A DNA stretch of 34,103 nucleotides from Pseudomonadota bacterium (GCA_037130945.1 JBAXSA010000001.1:1-34103), one strand, 5' to 3'; shown: positions 1-8,599, numbered from the stretch's first letter. Program-made: numbers and translations. Notes: generated from the letters alone by a model not told the origin.

Positions 1-693
1 ATTAATATAGGGCAACGATTGCTTAACAAGTGTAAACCGAGCAATGAAGGATGCCTGGATCCGCACTGGAATCCCTCGCTGGAGCGTTATCAAAGCTTGA
101 TGGATCTTGGCTTTCGCCGCAGCGGGGGGTATCTGTATCGTCCCCATTGCCTGGATTGCCGGCGTTGTTTGCCAGTGCGGCTGCCGGCGGGGCGATTCGA
201 CCCCCGGCGTGGACAACGCCGGTGCTGGCGAGATAACCAGAACACCCTGGCGATTGAAATGACGCTGCCCCATTGGGACGCAGAGCATCAGAGCCTTTAT
301 ACCCGGTATCTACAGTCTCGCCATCCCACCGGAGGCATGGCTCAAAATAACCATCCGCCTCTGGATTTTCTGACGGCTTTGTGGGCGACAACGCGCTTTA
401 TTGAATTCCGGGAGGCGGGGCGATTGATTGCAGTGGCGGTAACCGACTTCCTGCCCAAAGGGCTCTCGGCGGTCTACACCTTTTTCGATCCAGCAATGCC
501 CAAACGCGGGCTCGGAACCTTTGCCATTCTGACTCAGATACGCCTTGTCATGCAGTCCGGCAAACGCCATCTATATCTTGGCTATTGGATACCGGGCAGC
601 ACCACGATGCACTACAAAGGCGACTATCGACCCATTGAGGTGTTTGATGGGAAGCAATGGCGGGAATGCCACAAGAATCCCTCTCTGGCATAA
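1..693 (+). CDS. bpt: Arginyl/leucyl-tRNA--protein transferase family (Bpt/Ate, N-end-rule transferase); N-terminus probably lies outside the window
   Basis: ORF 19..693 stays open in frame back to nt 1. Family-typical motifs are present: LGFRRSG, YRPHC-x2-C-x2-C, QRRC, FIEFR and LGYWI. Confidence 0.75.
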   Translation: MNIGQRLLNKCKPSNEGCLDPHWNPSLERYQSLMDLGFRRSGGYLYRPHCLDCRRCLPVRLPAGRFDPRRGQRRCWRDNQNTLAIEMTLPHWDAEHQSLYTRYLQSRHPTGGMAQNNHPPLDFLTALWATTRFIEFREAGRLIAVAVTDFLPKGLSAVYTFFDPAMPKRGLGTFAILTQIRLVMQSGKRHLYLGYWIPGSTTMHYKGDYRPIEVFDGKQWRECHKNPSLA

Positions 694-710
694 ACCTTCC
701 CGGTGGGCAA

Positions 711-736
711 GGTGAGTCAGTCTGGTAGGACTCACC
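711..736. terminator. Hairpin between the convergent bpt and hns-like genes (possible bidirectional terminator)
   Basis: GGTGAGTC (711-718) pairs perfectly with GACTCACC (729-736) around a 10-nt loop. GGGC/GCCC can extend the stem. There is no clean U-tract on either side. Confidence 0.35.
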
Positions 737-757
737 CGGCCCCGGGACAGGTTATTC

Positions 758-1180
758 TTAATTCTCGCGCCGGAGGGACTCGTTCTTGAAACGCTCGCGG
801 TGCGACTTGTCGGTGGGATCAAGTCCCTGGGCACGCATTTGCGCTTTCATCCAGCCAGGCAATACCCCGCGGATATAGCGTTGCTCGGGATTATTGGGAT
901 TGACATAGCGGCTATATTCACGCGGTTCATCGGCATTAACGGTAACCTGGCGACGATAGTTACCTTTGCGGCGGAGACTGAGCTGGTGGGCGATTTCCGG
1001 CAAGTCGTGGCCGGCATCGATAATACGCTGACGAAGGTCATCGACAAAGCCCTTGCGTTCTTCCTTGCGGCGCTCATCCAGAACTTTTTCCAGTTCTAAT
1101 CGTTGTTGTTCAAGTGTTGCCAACTGCTGACGAAGGTCGGCAGCGGACACATTAGAGGATTTATTGCTACTAGGTTTCAT
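758..1180 (-). CDS. H-NS-like nucleoid-associated protein (divergent)
   Basis: 140 aa with an N-terminal charged coiled-coil (LRQQLATLEQQRLELEKVLDERRKEERK). The C-terminal segment YVNPNNPEQRYIRGVLPGWM resembles the H-NS Y-x-P-x-W-x-GRG-x-P-x-W DNA-binding loop but is degenerate. The upstream region is AT-rich. Confidence 0.5.
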   Translation of the reverse strand: MKPSSNKSSNVSAADLRQQLATLEQQRLELEKVLDERRKEERKGFVDDLRQRIIDAGHDLPEIAHQLSLRRKGNYRRQVTVNADEPREYSRYVNPNNPEQRYIRGVLPGWMKAQMRAQGLDPTDKSHRERFKNESLRREN

Positions 1181-1324
1181 GGAGTTTCAACTCTCGCTAT
1201 GGGTAACATCGGGATGTTCCCGATTGTCGGAGATGGCAATCGGGAACGACACAACAGGCACCATTAAATACACGAATGACGCTGCCGTCAATAGCCATCA
1301 TTGCATTTTTTATTTATTTGTCCG

Positions 1325-2347
1325 CTATTGTATTAACAGACCGGTGCTGGGCCCGCCTACCATCTCCGCCATTGCCGTGACGATGCGAGTGCCCAGTTGT
1401 TCCGTGATACGCTTCAGAAAATCTTTTTTGGCGGTGAAGTCCACCACAGATTCGGCACCGATGACTTCGCGCGCCACCGTATCCACATCCCCGATCCCGT
1501 CCACCAGCCCTAGCTTGACGGCTTCCTCACCGCTCCAGAAGAGGCCGCTGAAAAGCTGCGGGTCGTTGGTCAGACGGGCACCACGGCCTTCCTTTACGGC
1601 GTGAATGAACTGTTGATGCAGCTGATCCAGAACCCGCTGCATGTGCTGGGTATCAAAACCCTTGGGCGGAGAAAAGGGATCGAGGATGGCCTTGTGTTCT
1701 CCAGCCGTGAGCAGGCGGCGTTCGACACCCAATGACTTGAGGGTATCGACAAACCCAAAACCATTAATCACCACGCCAATGGAACCGACGATACTGGCCC
1801 GGCTGGCGTAGATCCGGTCGGCCGCTGCGGCAATGAAATAACCTCCGGAAGCGCACCAGTCGGCGGCGACCGCATGCACCGGGATGTTGGGATATTTCTT
1901 GCGCAGACGGCGGATTTCGTCATATATCAGGCTGGCCTGGACAGGACTGCCGCCCGGACTGTTGACACGCAATATCACCCCTCGGGTTTTATCATCTTCA
2001 AAGGCCTTGCGAAGCGATGACGCGATATCCTCGGCATTGGCCTTGGCATCACTAGCGATCACCCCTTTGATATCCACCAGGGCGGTGTGCCACTCACCGA
2101 CCTTGCGGAGACTCGATAAATCCGGCCAATCGGGTTCGGCAAATAAGACTAGGATGATGGATATGTATATGAATATCAACGATTTGAATAGTATTCCCCA
2201 ACGACGGGCACGCCGCTGTTCGGTCACCGCTTCCAGGGCAAGACGATGAATCAGGGCACGTTCCCATTCATGAGAGGTGCCGTCGTGGTCTTCTGTTGAG
2301 AGGGTATCGTTTGGAATCTTCGGCATGGCCATTGTGTCTTCTGTCAT
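1325..2347 (-). CDS. sppA: Signal peptide peptidase SppA, 36K type (S49 peptidase)
   Basis: TM segment LIFIYISIILVLF followed by S49 motifs (VILRVNSPGGS, AASGGYFIAAAADRIYA, GSIGV). The ORF track starts at 2440 and would overlap the upstream HAD gene. ATG at 2347 lies after that gene's stop (2386); ATG 2332 and 2326 are also possible. Confidence 0.8.
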   Translation of the reverse strand: MTEDTMAMPKIPNDTLSTEDHDGTSHEWERALIHRLALEAVTEQRRARRWGILFKSLIFIYISIILVLFAEPDWPDLSSLRKVGEWHTALVDIKGVIASDAKANAEDIASSLRKAFEDDKTRGVILRVNSPGGSPVQASLIYDEIRRLRKKYPNIPVHAVAADWCASGGYFIAAAADRIYASRASIVGSIGVVINGFGFVDTLKSLGVERRLLTAGEHKAILDPFSPPKGFDTQHMQRVLDQLHQQFIHAVKEGRGARLTNDPQLFSGLFWSGEEAVKLGLVDGIGDVDTVAREVIGAESVVDFTAKKDFLKRITEQLGTRIVTAMAEMVGGPSTGLLIQ

Positions 2348-2385
2348 GGATTGAAAAATCGGGAGGAGAAATGGACTAGCGGCCG

Positions 2386-3042
2386 TTACCGGGTGTGCCG
2401 CCGCAGCCAGCCGGGAATACCCCGCAAATCGGCCAGACAATCGAGCGCGCCAGCACGGCGCAATCGGGTTTCGTCATGGACGCCGTGGCACACCGCCAAG
2501 GCATCGGCACCGGCCTGAATCGCCATTTGCATGTCGTATTCGCTGTCTCCAATCATGAGTGTGGCATGTGGCGGACTATTCAGCTCTCGCATGAGCGTTT
2601 CGAGCATCGCGGGATGGGGCTTGGAAAAGGATTCCTCGGCGCATTGGGTGGCCTCAAAATAGCGGGCGAGACCCGTTTCGAGAAGAGCCCTATCAAGACC
2701 ACGGCGGCTTTTTCCCGTGGCAATGGCCAAGGGATACCCAACCTCCTTGAGTGTCGATAACACACTGTCGGCACCCTCATAAAGGGGGGTGGGAATACCC
2801 TTCGGGAGCAAATAATGATCACGATAAGCTTGGGCAATGCCTTGACGTGTCTCGGGCTTTTGCAAAGGTGCAAGACTTGCAACAGCCTCATCAAGTCCAA
2901 GACCAATGATATGCCGGATGGTTTCATTGCCGGGACTTGACAATCCGCAATCCTCGAAGGCCTGACGCATGCAGGCCGCAATGCGGGCCGTCGAGTCCAT
3001 CAGGGTGCCATCCCAATCGAAAACCAATAACTGGTATGTCAT
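2386..3042 (-). CDS. HAD-superfamily hydrolase (phosphoglycolate-phosphatase-like, subfamily IA)
   Basis: N-terminal DxDGT motif (LVFDWDGTLMDS) and C-terminal GDSEYD. ATGA start/stop overlap with rluC at 3039-3042. Its position between rluC and sppA matches pseudomonad synteny. Confidence 0.8.
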   Translation of the reverse strand: MTYQLLVFDWDGTLMDSTARIAACMRQAFEDCGLSSPGNETIRHIIGLGLDEAVASLAPLQKPETRQGIAQAYRDHYLLPKGIPTPLYEGADSVLSTLKEVGYPLAIATGKSRRGLDRALLETGLARYFEATQCAEESFSKPHPAMLETLMRELNSPPHATLMIGDSEYDMQMAIQAGADALAVCHGVHDETRLRRAGALDCLADLRGIPGWLRRHTR

Positions 3043-3983
3043 CGCGAGGATCCAGATGTATTCAGGGGGAAATAGCGGGGATCCGGGGCGGCTTCAAAAT
3101 GCGACAGGGAACTGCCGGATTCCAGGGATACCCCGATTTTCCAGGCGTGCAACAGCATCCGTCGCGGGCCCTCCGCAGTCACCTGGCCATATTTTTCGTC
3201 GCCCACCACCGGGTGGCCCAGATGAGCGGCATGCACACGAATCTGGTGGGTTCGACCCGTCAATAACTCGGCCTCCACTAGGGTGCCGAGGGCTACCGGC
3301 GCGAGAACCCGGAAGCGGGTCTCTGCGGGTTTGCCATCCGCTGCCACCCGCACCATCCGTTCACCGCTCTTGAGGACATTTTTTCTGAGTGGCACGGTCA
3401 CGGCGACCCCACGAGACAACGTACCTGTCAAAACCGCCAGATATCGTTTCTCCACCTGATGCTGACGCATCGCCTCATGCAGCCAACGCAGCATGGAACG
3501 GCGTTTGGCAATCATCAAACAACCCGAGGTATCGCGATCCAGGCGATGAACCAGCTCCAGGGTTTCGATCTCGGGATAGAGCTGGCGAAAGCCTTCAATG
3601 ACTCCAGTCCGAATACCGCTGCCACCATGTACCGCCAGGCCAGCGGGTTTGTCGATCACCAACAGCCGGTGATCCTCGAAGAGAATGGATCGCTCCAGCG
3701 TCTGGAGAAAAGATTCGCCGAGCGTCGCCCGGGGGGCGGGCAAGGCTGCGCGTAGGGGTGGAATACGAATCTGGTCATCGGTTTGCAATCGATAAGGCGG
3801 TTTGACCCGACCACCGTTTACACGCACCTCACCGCCACGCAAAATGCGATAGATATGACTGTGAGGCACCCCTTTGAGCTGATGAACCAGGAAATTGTCG
3901 ATACGCTGTCCGGCCTGTTCGGAAGAAATACGCAAATGGCGTACCGCAACGTCAGGGGTCATAGAGGTCGATTCAGGTTTCAT
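3039..3983 (-). CDS. rluC: 23S rRNA pseudouridine synthase, RluA family (RluC-like)
   Basis: N-terminal S4 domain (RIDNFL...GEVRVNG). Catalytic HRLDRDTSG motif and the GRTHQIR motif are present. Confidence 0.85.
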   Translation of the reverse strand: MKPESTSMTPDVAVRHLRISSEQAGQRIDNFLVHQLKGVPHSHIYRILRGGEVRVNGGRVKPPYRLQTDDQIRIPPLRAALPAPRATLGESFLQTLERSILFEDHRLLVIDKPAGLAVHGGSGIRTGVIEGFRQLYPEIETLELVHRLDRDTSGCLMIAKRRSMLRWLHEAMRQHQVEKRYLAVLTGTLSRGVAVTVPLRKNVLKSGERMVRVAADGKPAETRFRVLAPVALGTLVEAELLTGRTHQIRVHAAHLGHPVVGDEKYGQVTAEGPRRMLLHAWKIGVSLESGSSLSHFEAAPDPRYFPLNTSGSSR

Positions 3984-4105
3984 CAGGCTATCCTATCAGA
4001 TGAATCCCGATTCTCTTCAATCCGGCGATTTTCCGGGATGAGAGTTTTTGTAAAGTCCAGTAAGATCTGGGGGATTCAGAGAATATCCGGCTTAGGAGTC
4101 CCCTC

Positions 4106-4831
4106 ATGCTGTCAACGCAACCCATCCCGCTAAACGAGCGTCTGATCCATGCATTGGATGTGCCGACCGTGGAAGCCGCACAAGCTCGCGTCGAGGTGTT
4201 GAGGGAGAGCGTCTGGTTCTACAAGATGGGACTCGAGCTATTTATGGCGGGTGGTTATTTTGAGTTGATCGAATGGCTGCGAGCGCGCGACAAGCGGGTG
4301 TTTGTCGATCTGAAGTTCTTTGATGTGCCGGAAACCGTCGCCAGGGCGGTGCGGCAGCTCCAGCACCGGGGGATCGACTTTGCCACCGTGCATGGCAACG
4401 ATGCCATGCTCGCGGCGGCGGCGGCGGAAAAAGGCGATGTCCGAATTCTGGCGGTGACGGTGTTGACCAGTCTGGATCGGGGAGACCTCGAGGCGCTCGG
4501 ATTTGCGGTCGATGTCGAGGCGTTGGTGTTGTCACGCGCCCGGCGGGCAGTGGCGTTGGGGTGCGATGGCGTGATTGCTTCTGGTTTGGAAGTGGCACGG
4601 CTGAGACAGGAGCTGGGCCAGGGTTTTCTAGTCGTCTCGCCGGGCATTCGTCCCGTCGAGAATCGCCTGGTGGATGACCAAAAACGCATCGTCGGCGTTG
4701 CCGAGGCCTTCCACAAGGGGGCCGATTACATCGTCGTTGGACGGCCCATTGGCAAGGCCAGAGATCCCAAACAGGCGGCGGAAGGCATCCAGAAAGAGAT
4801 CGCCGCAGCCTTTGGTGGTCTACTGACGTGA
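4106..4831 (+). CDS. pyrF: Orotidine-5'-phosphate decarboxylase
   Basis: LIHALDV, FVDLKFFDVPETV and TVHG motifs. SD AGGAG lies 7 nt upstream of ATG 4106. Confidence 0.9.
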   Translation: MLSTQPIPLNERLIHALDVPTVEAAQARVEVLRESVWFYKMGLELFMAGGYFELIEWLRARDKRVFVDLKFFDVPETVARAVRQLQHRGIDFATVHGNDAMLAAAAAEKGDVRILAVTVLTSLDRGDLEALGFAVDVEALVLSRARRAVALGCDGVIASGLEVARLRQELGQGFLVVSPGIRPVENRLVDDQKRIVGVAEAFHKGADYIVVGRPIGKARDPKQAAEGIQKEIAAAFGGLLT

Positions 4832-5701
4832 CTCAAAAAGCCGGGCGTTCTGATCCGTCGGCGCGTAATCACTTCGGGAGGCTGTAAAGGGATTTTTGCG
4901 GGGACTCGGCAACCAGTTAAGCAATTTTTCGAATACCGTGGGATGACCGGCGTCGGCGCTCAGGCGCTTGACCTCTCGATTTTTCGGTAACTCGCTGGCA
5001 CGCGGGTCATACGGTGGTACTTTTTCTCCCGGGGGGGTGTGCTGGGTGTAAGTCTTGGCGCTTGCCCGAAAGACGTCATTCGAGGTGGGCTGGGCGGCGC
5101 GGAATCCATGCCCCGGGGTCTGACCCCCATGGGTATTCCCAGAGGTCTTGTCCTTGCCCCTATCCTCAGCCTCCGGCTTTACGATAGGTTGGCGAAAATG
5201 GAAGGTGACGGATCCGGTTCGAGCCATTTCCTGGCCCTGTTCGTCGAGAATACGACCCTCCAGCCGATGACTGCCCCGCACAACACCCTTGAGGGTGAAT
5301 TGGCTGGTGATATTACCCTGCAAAGGGGTGCCATCCAAACTCACCTCTAAACGGTGGCCTGGCCGCAGGGTCGGCTGTACGGCCAAGCTGATGGTCAGGT
5401 CGCCATCGCCCTGTAGAGTCTCATCCGGTCTCGGATAGAGGATCTCGAAGGTAGGGTAGCCTCCCTGCATCGGTGGTTGGGCATTGGCGTTGTCGATCTT
5501 GGGCGGGAGCGGCACTGGGCTATACCGGAGGGACTCCATTGCTTCAACCTTCGGGGCACCTTTTTGGGGCTGATCCCCAAAATGCGCATGACCCTCCTGA
5601 TCCACCCATTTGAAGATACCCTCACTCCAGGCAGCGCCACTCCATCCCAACAAGATGCCCAAGGGGAGCCCACTCAACACCAGGTAACGCATGATCTTCA
5701 C
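4820..5701 (-). CDS. Periplasmic DUF4124-domain protein
   Basis: Signal peptide (LVLSGLPLGILLGWSGAAWS), then the DUF4124 signature GIFKWVDQEGHAHFGDQP. This is followed by a beta-rich middle region and a basic, low-complexity C-terminus. The 3' end overlaps convergent pyrF by 12 nt. Confidence 0.7.
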   Translation of the reverse strand: MKIMRYLVLSGLPLGILLGWSGAAWSEGIFKWVDQEGHAHFGDQPQKGAPKVEAMESLRYSPVPLPPKIDNANAQPPMQGGYPTFEILYPRPDETLQGDGDLTISLAVQPTLRPGHRLEVSLDGTPLQGNITSQFTLKGVVRGSHRLEGRILDEQGQEMARTGSVTFHFRQPIVKPEAEDRGKDKTSGNTHGGQTPGHGFRAAQPTSNDVFRASAKTYTQHTPPGEKVPPYDPRASELPKNREVKRLSADAGHPTVFEKLLNWLPSPRKNPFTASRSDYAPTDQNARLFESRQ

Positions 5702-5739
5702 CTTGTTCTCTCCATAAAAATAGCCATGAAAGAGGGAAT

Positions 5740-6267
5740 TTACTTGAGAATCTGGATACGCAACAACAATTCCGCCAGCCGTAATTCGTCACCACTCCGG
5801 ATGTTCCGTCGCTCACCGGGCCCGAGTACCTGACCATTGAGGGTGGTGGCATTGGTAAAACCCCGGCCAAAGGGTCGTTGATCGATGGTGGTGACGAACC
5901 AGGCCGGAGCCAGGTAATTGAATCGCACATGCCGGCGATGCACGAAACGGCAACCCGGCAGATGACCCGGAAGTTGAGCCTCCGCCTCGCTAGAGGGATG
6001 ACCCTGTCCCAGAGTCCAGCCACTCTCGATGCGCATCAGAGGGGCTTGTTCAGCGATTTCAAGATAAAGCCCGGGCGTGCGAGGGATCAGGGGATCCTGG
6101 AGGGGCGTGGTGTCCGCATTCGCTATCAGCGAGGGGCTGGAATCGGCAGCAGCGGGATCCGTCTGGGCCGCTTCCTGCCCGATAAAATAGCCACACATTT
6201 CGCACAGGCTTTGGTATTCTGGATTGACCTGGCCGCAACGAGGACAAACTTTGACATAAAGGGTCAT
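5740..6267 (-). CDS. Zinc-ribbon + FHA-domain protein
   Basis: N-terminal CPRCG-x11-CEMCG zinc ribbon and a Pro/Ala-rich linker. The C-terminal FHA-like module is LGQG...VHRRHVRF...ATTLNGQVLGPGERRNIRSGDELRLAELLLRI. Its ATG overlaps the stop of the upstream activase gene (ATGA at 6264-6267). Confidence 0.7.
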   Translation of the reverse strand: MTLYVKVCPRCGQVNPEYQSLCEMCGYFIGQEAAQTDPAAADSSPSLIANADTTPLQDPLIPRTPGLYLEIAEQAPLMRIESGWTLGQGHPSSEAEAQLPGHLPGCRFVHRRHVRFNYLAPAWFVTTIDQRPFGRGFTNATTLNGQVLGPGERRNIRSGDELRLAELLLRIQILK

Positions 6268-6920
6268 GACACAGGATCTAACACCGGGAGGACATTGGAA
6301 AAGCGCTCATGCCAGGCGGTACGAGCCGGAGGCGGGAGTATCCCAATCAACCAGTCCTGTCCATGGGCTGTCAGACCGAGATTGGCCTGATCAGAGGCAG
6401 CGATGGTACTGGTTTTGGCCAGTATCTGGCCACGTCCGGTGAGTCCCCACAGACGCTGATTGCCAGAGCCGGCCAGGGGGTGGCGGGCGGATTGCCGGGC
6501 ACGAAAGGGGCCATCAATGAGCAGGTCGATGCGCGCAAGCAACGCCCGGCAGGCCAGGCTGCGCCGCCGCAGGGCCGCCAGCGAATCGCCGGAATAGGCG
6601 ATGACCGTCCATTGAGGGTAGTGGGGCATGACGCGATCCATCAATGCCACCAGGGCCGATGCCTGGTCGAAGGGTTCTCCGCCCGTGAGGGTCAGACCGT
6701 CCAGAGCCCCTGGCCTCTCTGCCGCCAAATGGAGTACACGTCTGGCTAGAACGGCTGATGCAACCGGCAAGCCACTCTCCGGAGACTGAAGCGTGGGGGT
6801 GATGCAACCCTGGCAACGGCGACGGCAACCGGCCACCCACAAGGCCAGGCGCCGGCCTGGCCCGAGGGCGGTCACCGGATAGGCGAGACTATGAAGCCGT
6901 AACAAAGGTTCGTCTGGCAT
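6264..6920 (-). CDS. NrdG-type radical-SAM activating enzyme (anaerobic RNR activase family) with a C-terminal extension of about 55 aa
   Basis: LGPGRRLALWVAGCRRRCQGCITP matches the NrdG NGPG...GC-x3-C-x-GC cluster motif. LTLTGGEPF and IDLLIDGPF...GSGNQRL parallel E. coli NrdG ISLSGGDPL and VLVDGKF...GSSNQ. The start is uncertain: ATG 6920 or TTG 6953. Confidence 0.75.
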   Translation of the reverse strand: MPDEPLLRLHSLAYPVTALGPGRRLALWVAGCRRRCQGCITPTLQSPESGLPVASAVLARRVLHLAAERPGALDGLTLTGGEPFDQASALVALMDRVMPHYPQWTVIAYSGDSLAALRRRSLACRALLARIDLLIDGPFRARQSARHPLAGSGNQRLWGLTGRGQILAKTSTIAASDQANLGLTAHGQDWLIGILPPPARTAWHERFSNVLPVLDPVS

Positions 6921-7055
6921 GAACACAAACGCCGCTAGAAAAAAACCGGACAATGCAAGGCTGGCTAGCGTAACGGGGCGTCCAGCCAGTCTGACACGAC
7001 ATCACGAGAATTGATTTAGGGAAATACAGGATCTTAAAAAATTTCTCAAGAGGTT

Positions 7056-7085
7056 CTTGAGTTTTTAATCAGTGATGCTATGTTT
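7056..7085 (+). promoter_or_regulatory. Candidate sigma32 (heat-shock) promoter of ibpA
   Basis: CTTGAG (7056-7061), a 15-nt spacer, then GCTATGTTT (7077-7085), compared with the consensus CTTGAA-N13-17-CCCCATNT. The -10 element is a weak match. The -35 sits in a perfect inverted repeat, CTCAAGA-GGT-TCTTGAG (7045-7061). Confidence 0.35.
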
Positions 7086-7123
7086 TAGATACGGGTGCTC
7101 ACGAAGGCCCGTCTGTGTAAACC

Positions 7124-7152
7124 CATATTGCTCAATTTGAGAAGAGGATATG
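7124..7152 (+). promoter_or_regulatory. ROSE-like RNA thermometer hairpin sequestering the ibpA Shine-Dalgarno
   Basis: CAUAUU(G)CUC (7124-7133) pairs with GAGGAUAUG (7144-7152) for 9 bp, with G7130 bulged. This gives the ROSE signature UUGCU opposite SD GAGGA. A second short hairpin, ACGGG/CCCGU, lies upstream at about 7091-7112. Confidence 0.45.
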
Positions 7153-7155
7153 ACC

Positions 7156-7632
7156 ATGACAACTCTTGATTTTTCACCTCTGTTTCGTACCGCGATCGGT
7201 TTTGATCATCTGAACTCCCTATTGGAGTCGGCAATGCGTTCGGATAACCAGCCCAGCTTTCCCCCCTACAACATCGAGTTGGTGGGAGAAGACCGCTACC
7301 GCATCACGCTGGCGGTGGCGGGTTACCAGACCGATGAGCTGGACATTCAGACGAAGGAAAACCGGCTTTTGGTGACTGGGCAGAAGAAGCAGAAGAGTGA
7401 GCCAGAGGCTCGCTATCTGCATAAGGGGATTGCCTTCCGTAACTTCGAACGGCAATTCCAGCTCGCCGATTACGTTCGGGTGGTGGGTGCGAAACTGGAA
7501 GACGGGCTGCTGCATGTGGAACTCAAGCGGGAGATTCCGGAAGCCATGAAGCCACGGCATATTCCGATTGGAGGAACGGCAGGTGCCAATGACCGGTTGA
7601 TCGGGGCCAACGGGCAGGCCAAAGCGGCCTGA
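7156..7632 (+). CDS. ibpA: Small heat-shock protein (Hsp20/alpha-crystallin family, IbpA-like)
   Basis: The sequence is collinear with E. coli IbpA: DFSPLFRTAIGFD, PPYNIELVGEDRYRITLAVAGY, GIAFRNFERQFQLAD and GLLHVEL. ATG 7156 is 7 nt from SD GAGGA, whereas ATG 7150 is only 1 nt from it. Confidence 0.9.
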   Translation: MTTLDFSPLFRTAIGFDHLNSLLESAMRSDNQPSFPPYNIELVGEDRYRITLAVAGYQTDELDIQTKENRLLVTGQKKQKSEPEARYLHKGIAFRNFERQFQLADYVRVVGAKLEDGLLHVELKREIPEAMKPRHIPIGGTAGANDRLIGANGQAKAA

Positions 7633-7657
7633 CGGCTGATCGGATAGTCTCAGTAAA

Positions 7658-7687
7658 GCGCCGGCGCAAGCCGGCGCAGTCGTTTTT
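7658..7687 (+). terminator. Rho-independent terminator of ibpA
   Basis: GCGCCGGC-GCAA-GCCGGCGC forms a perfect 8-bp GC stem with a GCAA tetraloop. It is followed by AGUCGUUUUU. Confidence 0.85.
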
Positions 7688-7810
7688 GGCCTAAGTCGCG
7701 GGTGCCCCTCGACCGCCCGTCCGGTTCAGGATGGCCTCAACGAAGTCCTGCTCCTGGTAGAGAGTCACACCACCCCGGCCTAAGCGCCGTGGTGAATGGG
7801 CTGAATGTTC

Positions 7811-8599
7811 TTAATTGCTGTCGTACTCTCGATCTTTCCATTGCCGGAGTACCGCGAAAACCTCGGTGCCAGGCGTAAGGGAATGGCCCGCGTGACGTTC
7901 GGCGGCCTTGACCACGGTCTCCTCCCGAGTTCTCAGAAAGGGGTTCGTGGCGTGTTCTTCAGCCAGCGTCGAGGGCACCGTGGGTTGTTGACGGGCGCGA
8001 AGATCCTCGGCCTGGCGGGTGCGGTTCTGCAAGGCCGCATTATCAGGTTCCACCCAGCGGGCAAACCCGAGATTGGCCAGGGTGTATTCATGGGCGCAGT
8101 AAACCCGTGTCTCGCCTGGCAGCGCGGCAAGGCGTTCCAGGGAAACCGCCATTTGCTCCAGGGTACCCTCGAAAACCCGTCCACAGCCGGCACCAAATAA
8201 AACATCCCCGCAAAACAGCATCCCCTCGCCCGCATAGGCCAGATGACCCCGGGTATGCCCGGGAACCTCCAGCACCCGGAGTACGCCGCCAAAGGGCAAG
8301 TCCACCCGTTGTCCCTCTCGCAGGGGATGGGTCAGACCCCGAATGGGTTCTTGGCTGGGGCCTTGAACGCGCACCTGCGAATATCGCCGGCACAGGGCCG
8401 GAATTCCCCCCACATGATCGCCATGCCGGTGTGTGACCAGAATACTGACAAGCGTCAGACCCTCCCGCTCCAGGTAGTCAATCACCGGTTCCTCATCGCC
8501 TGGATCAACCACTACGGCGCGTTCATCACCCTCAGCCCGGAGGAGCCAGATATAATTGTCGTCAAAGGCGGGGAGGGGAAGGACAGGCATCAGGGGCAA
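7811..8599 (-). CDS. gloB: Hydroxyacylglutathione hydrolase (glyoxalase II)
   Basis: Metallo-beta-lactamase motif THRHGDHVGG, plus PGHTRGH, CGDVLF and YCAHEYT. The length (262 aa) is typical of GloB. Confidence 0.85.
   Translation of the reverse strand: MPLMPVLPLPAFDDNYIWLLRAEGDERAVVVDPGDEEPVIDYLEREGLTLVSILVTHRHGDHVGGIPALCRRYSQVRVQGPSQEPIRGLTHPLREGQRVDLPFGGVLRVLEVPGHTRGHLAYAGEGMLFCGDVLFGAGCGRVFEGTLEQMAVSLERLAALPGETRVYCAHEYTLANLGFARWVEPDNAALQNRTRQAEDLRARQQPTVPSTLAEEHATNPFLRTREETVVKAAERHAGHSLTPGTEVFAVLRQWKDREYDSN

Noticed and set aside
5740-6267. The FHA protein as the glycyl-radical substrate of the adjacent activase
   Set aside because: There is no RVxG(Y/F)-type glycyl-radical motif. The nearest look-alike (HVRFNY) lacks the essential glycine. 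The protein is therefore called only as zinc-ribbon + FHA.
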